Shown here piece after piece: positions 32,273-33,369 of a stretch of DNA of 33,369 nt. This DNA is from Macrostomum lignano. Its lineage: Eukaryota. Position numbers and translations under genes: made by a program. Within the stretch, counting starts at the first letter, position 1, and every line of letters begins with the position of its first letter. The notes below the pieces were generated by a model. It worked only from the letters and a program-made list of their open reading frames with translations. It did no database searches and was not told where the DNA came from. The stretch is taken from the NCBI GenBank assembly GCA_002269645.1, contig NIVC01000447.1, positions 1 through 33,369 on the forward strand, given 5' to 3'.

Positions 32273-33369
32273 TTATGTTATAGTCAATCACTAGTCTAAA
32301 CTAAAGCTAATCATAATTTTATAAATGGCACAATCCAACTTGAGGCTGCTGGTTGACTAGCCATTGAGAGAGTAATAGTCCAAAATTAGAAAAGTAATCA
32401 AATAGTTTTTTTAATCCCAATTATATTTCTTTTAAAGGTCCCCTCACACTAGCCTTTTGACCATAACATATTTCCATGCTTACCATGTATAAAACTGATA
32501 AGTACTATTTTAAGAATTTTTGATATATCAGCACACAAATTCAAATGTAGATTTAGTGGAGATGTGTCCTGGATAAAATTACTCTATCATAGGCCTACTA
32601 GGCATATTAGGCCTACTCAACATCAAATACTATAGTACCCTCCCTTATAACATAGTAGTAGTTGTGATATACTGATATGGCAATTGACTATAAGTAAAAC
32701 AAACAATTTTGGTGCTTTTGCTGCCAAATTTTTGCTGCAATACATATGTTAAATGGTTAATTTATTACCTGTTTTAGATTTTTAGACTTTTATAAAACTG
32801 AAAAGAATTTAATTCAAGCAAAAAGTAATTTAACAAGTGATTTTATAGGATAGCCCTTATAATATGATTTTATGAGATTTTAGTGTAATGCACTACACTG
32901 CTATAATTCTATAAAAATTTGCTAGGGAGGGGTGACAGTCTATACTATACTATCCTCAATAATATAGATAGGCCCTAGCCTACTGTGCTGCCATTGTGCC
33001 AACTTGTTCTTAAGGTAAGATCCTAATCCTAACCAGACCTACAGTATAGGATACTTGTCTTAAGTTTTTTTTTTCATACTTGGTACTTAGTACTCATTTA
33101 TTATTGTTTTGATGAGTATTCAACAAGTAGGCCTAGTAATGTTCAACAGTTCGCACTTGTAAATTCACAATACACAAGTGTAATTTTGCTTAGGCAAGTG
33201 AGATCTATCATATGGAATAAAATTACCAAAGAATGGCTAAAAGTTTCAATGGTAATAAAATTATTAAGGCAACAAAATAGGAACACGCACATCAGATGTT
33301 GATATATGGATGGGCCCATGGGGATTAGGGTGGGGTCTATCTATTACTATTAGTATCTAACAGGGACTA

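Overview
Eukaryotic (metazoan) genomic DNA: GC-rich, Ala/Gly/Gln-rich exons separated by introns and intergenic DNA filled with tandem repeats. This style suggests a repeat-rich invertebrate such as the flatworm Macrostomum, which is inference only. Three genes are supported. (1) A minus-strand DIP2 (disco-interacting protein 2, two fatty-acyl-AMP-ligase-like domains). Nine exons from about 26771 to the stop at 11719 join in frame through GT-AG sites, and there is a tentative first micro-exon at 30052-30064, giving about 1440 codons with no visible DMAP1-binding domain. (2) A minus-strand DH-PH RhoGEF of the p63RhoGEF/Trio-GEF2 type at 2036-3610. (3) A candidate small spliced plus-strand gene of about 73 aa at 7055-7370. 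The most unusual structure is in the repeats. Every DIP2 intron carries its own tandem array or low-complexity tract. Four arrays with different unit lengths (28, 22, 16 and 20 bp) share the co-oriented core TGAGGATCTGGG. Two (AGAC)n/(GTCT)n microsatellites with the same rare interruption form an inverted pair around the last DIP2 exon. Upstream of DIP2 lie a MITE-like element with 35-bp periodic subterminal repeats and a cluster of seven TAGGCCTA palindromes. No rRNA, tRNA or CRISPR array is supported. All coordinates and alignments were derived by eye, array borders are approximate, and the regulatory ideas are hypotheses.
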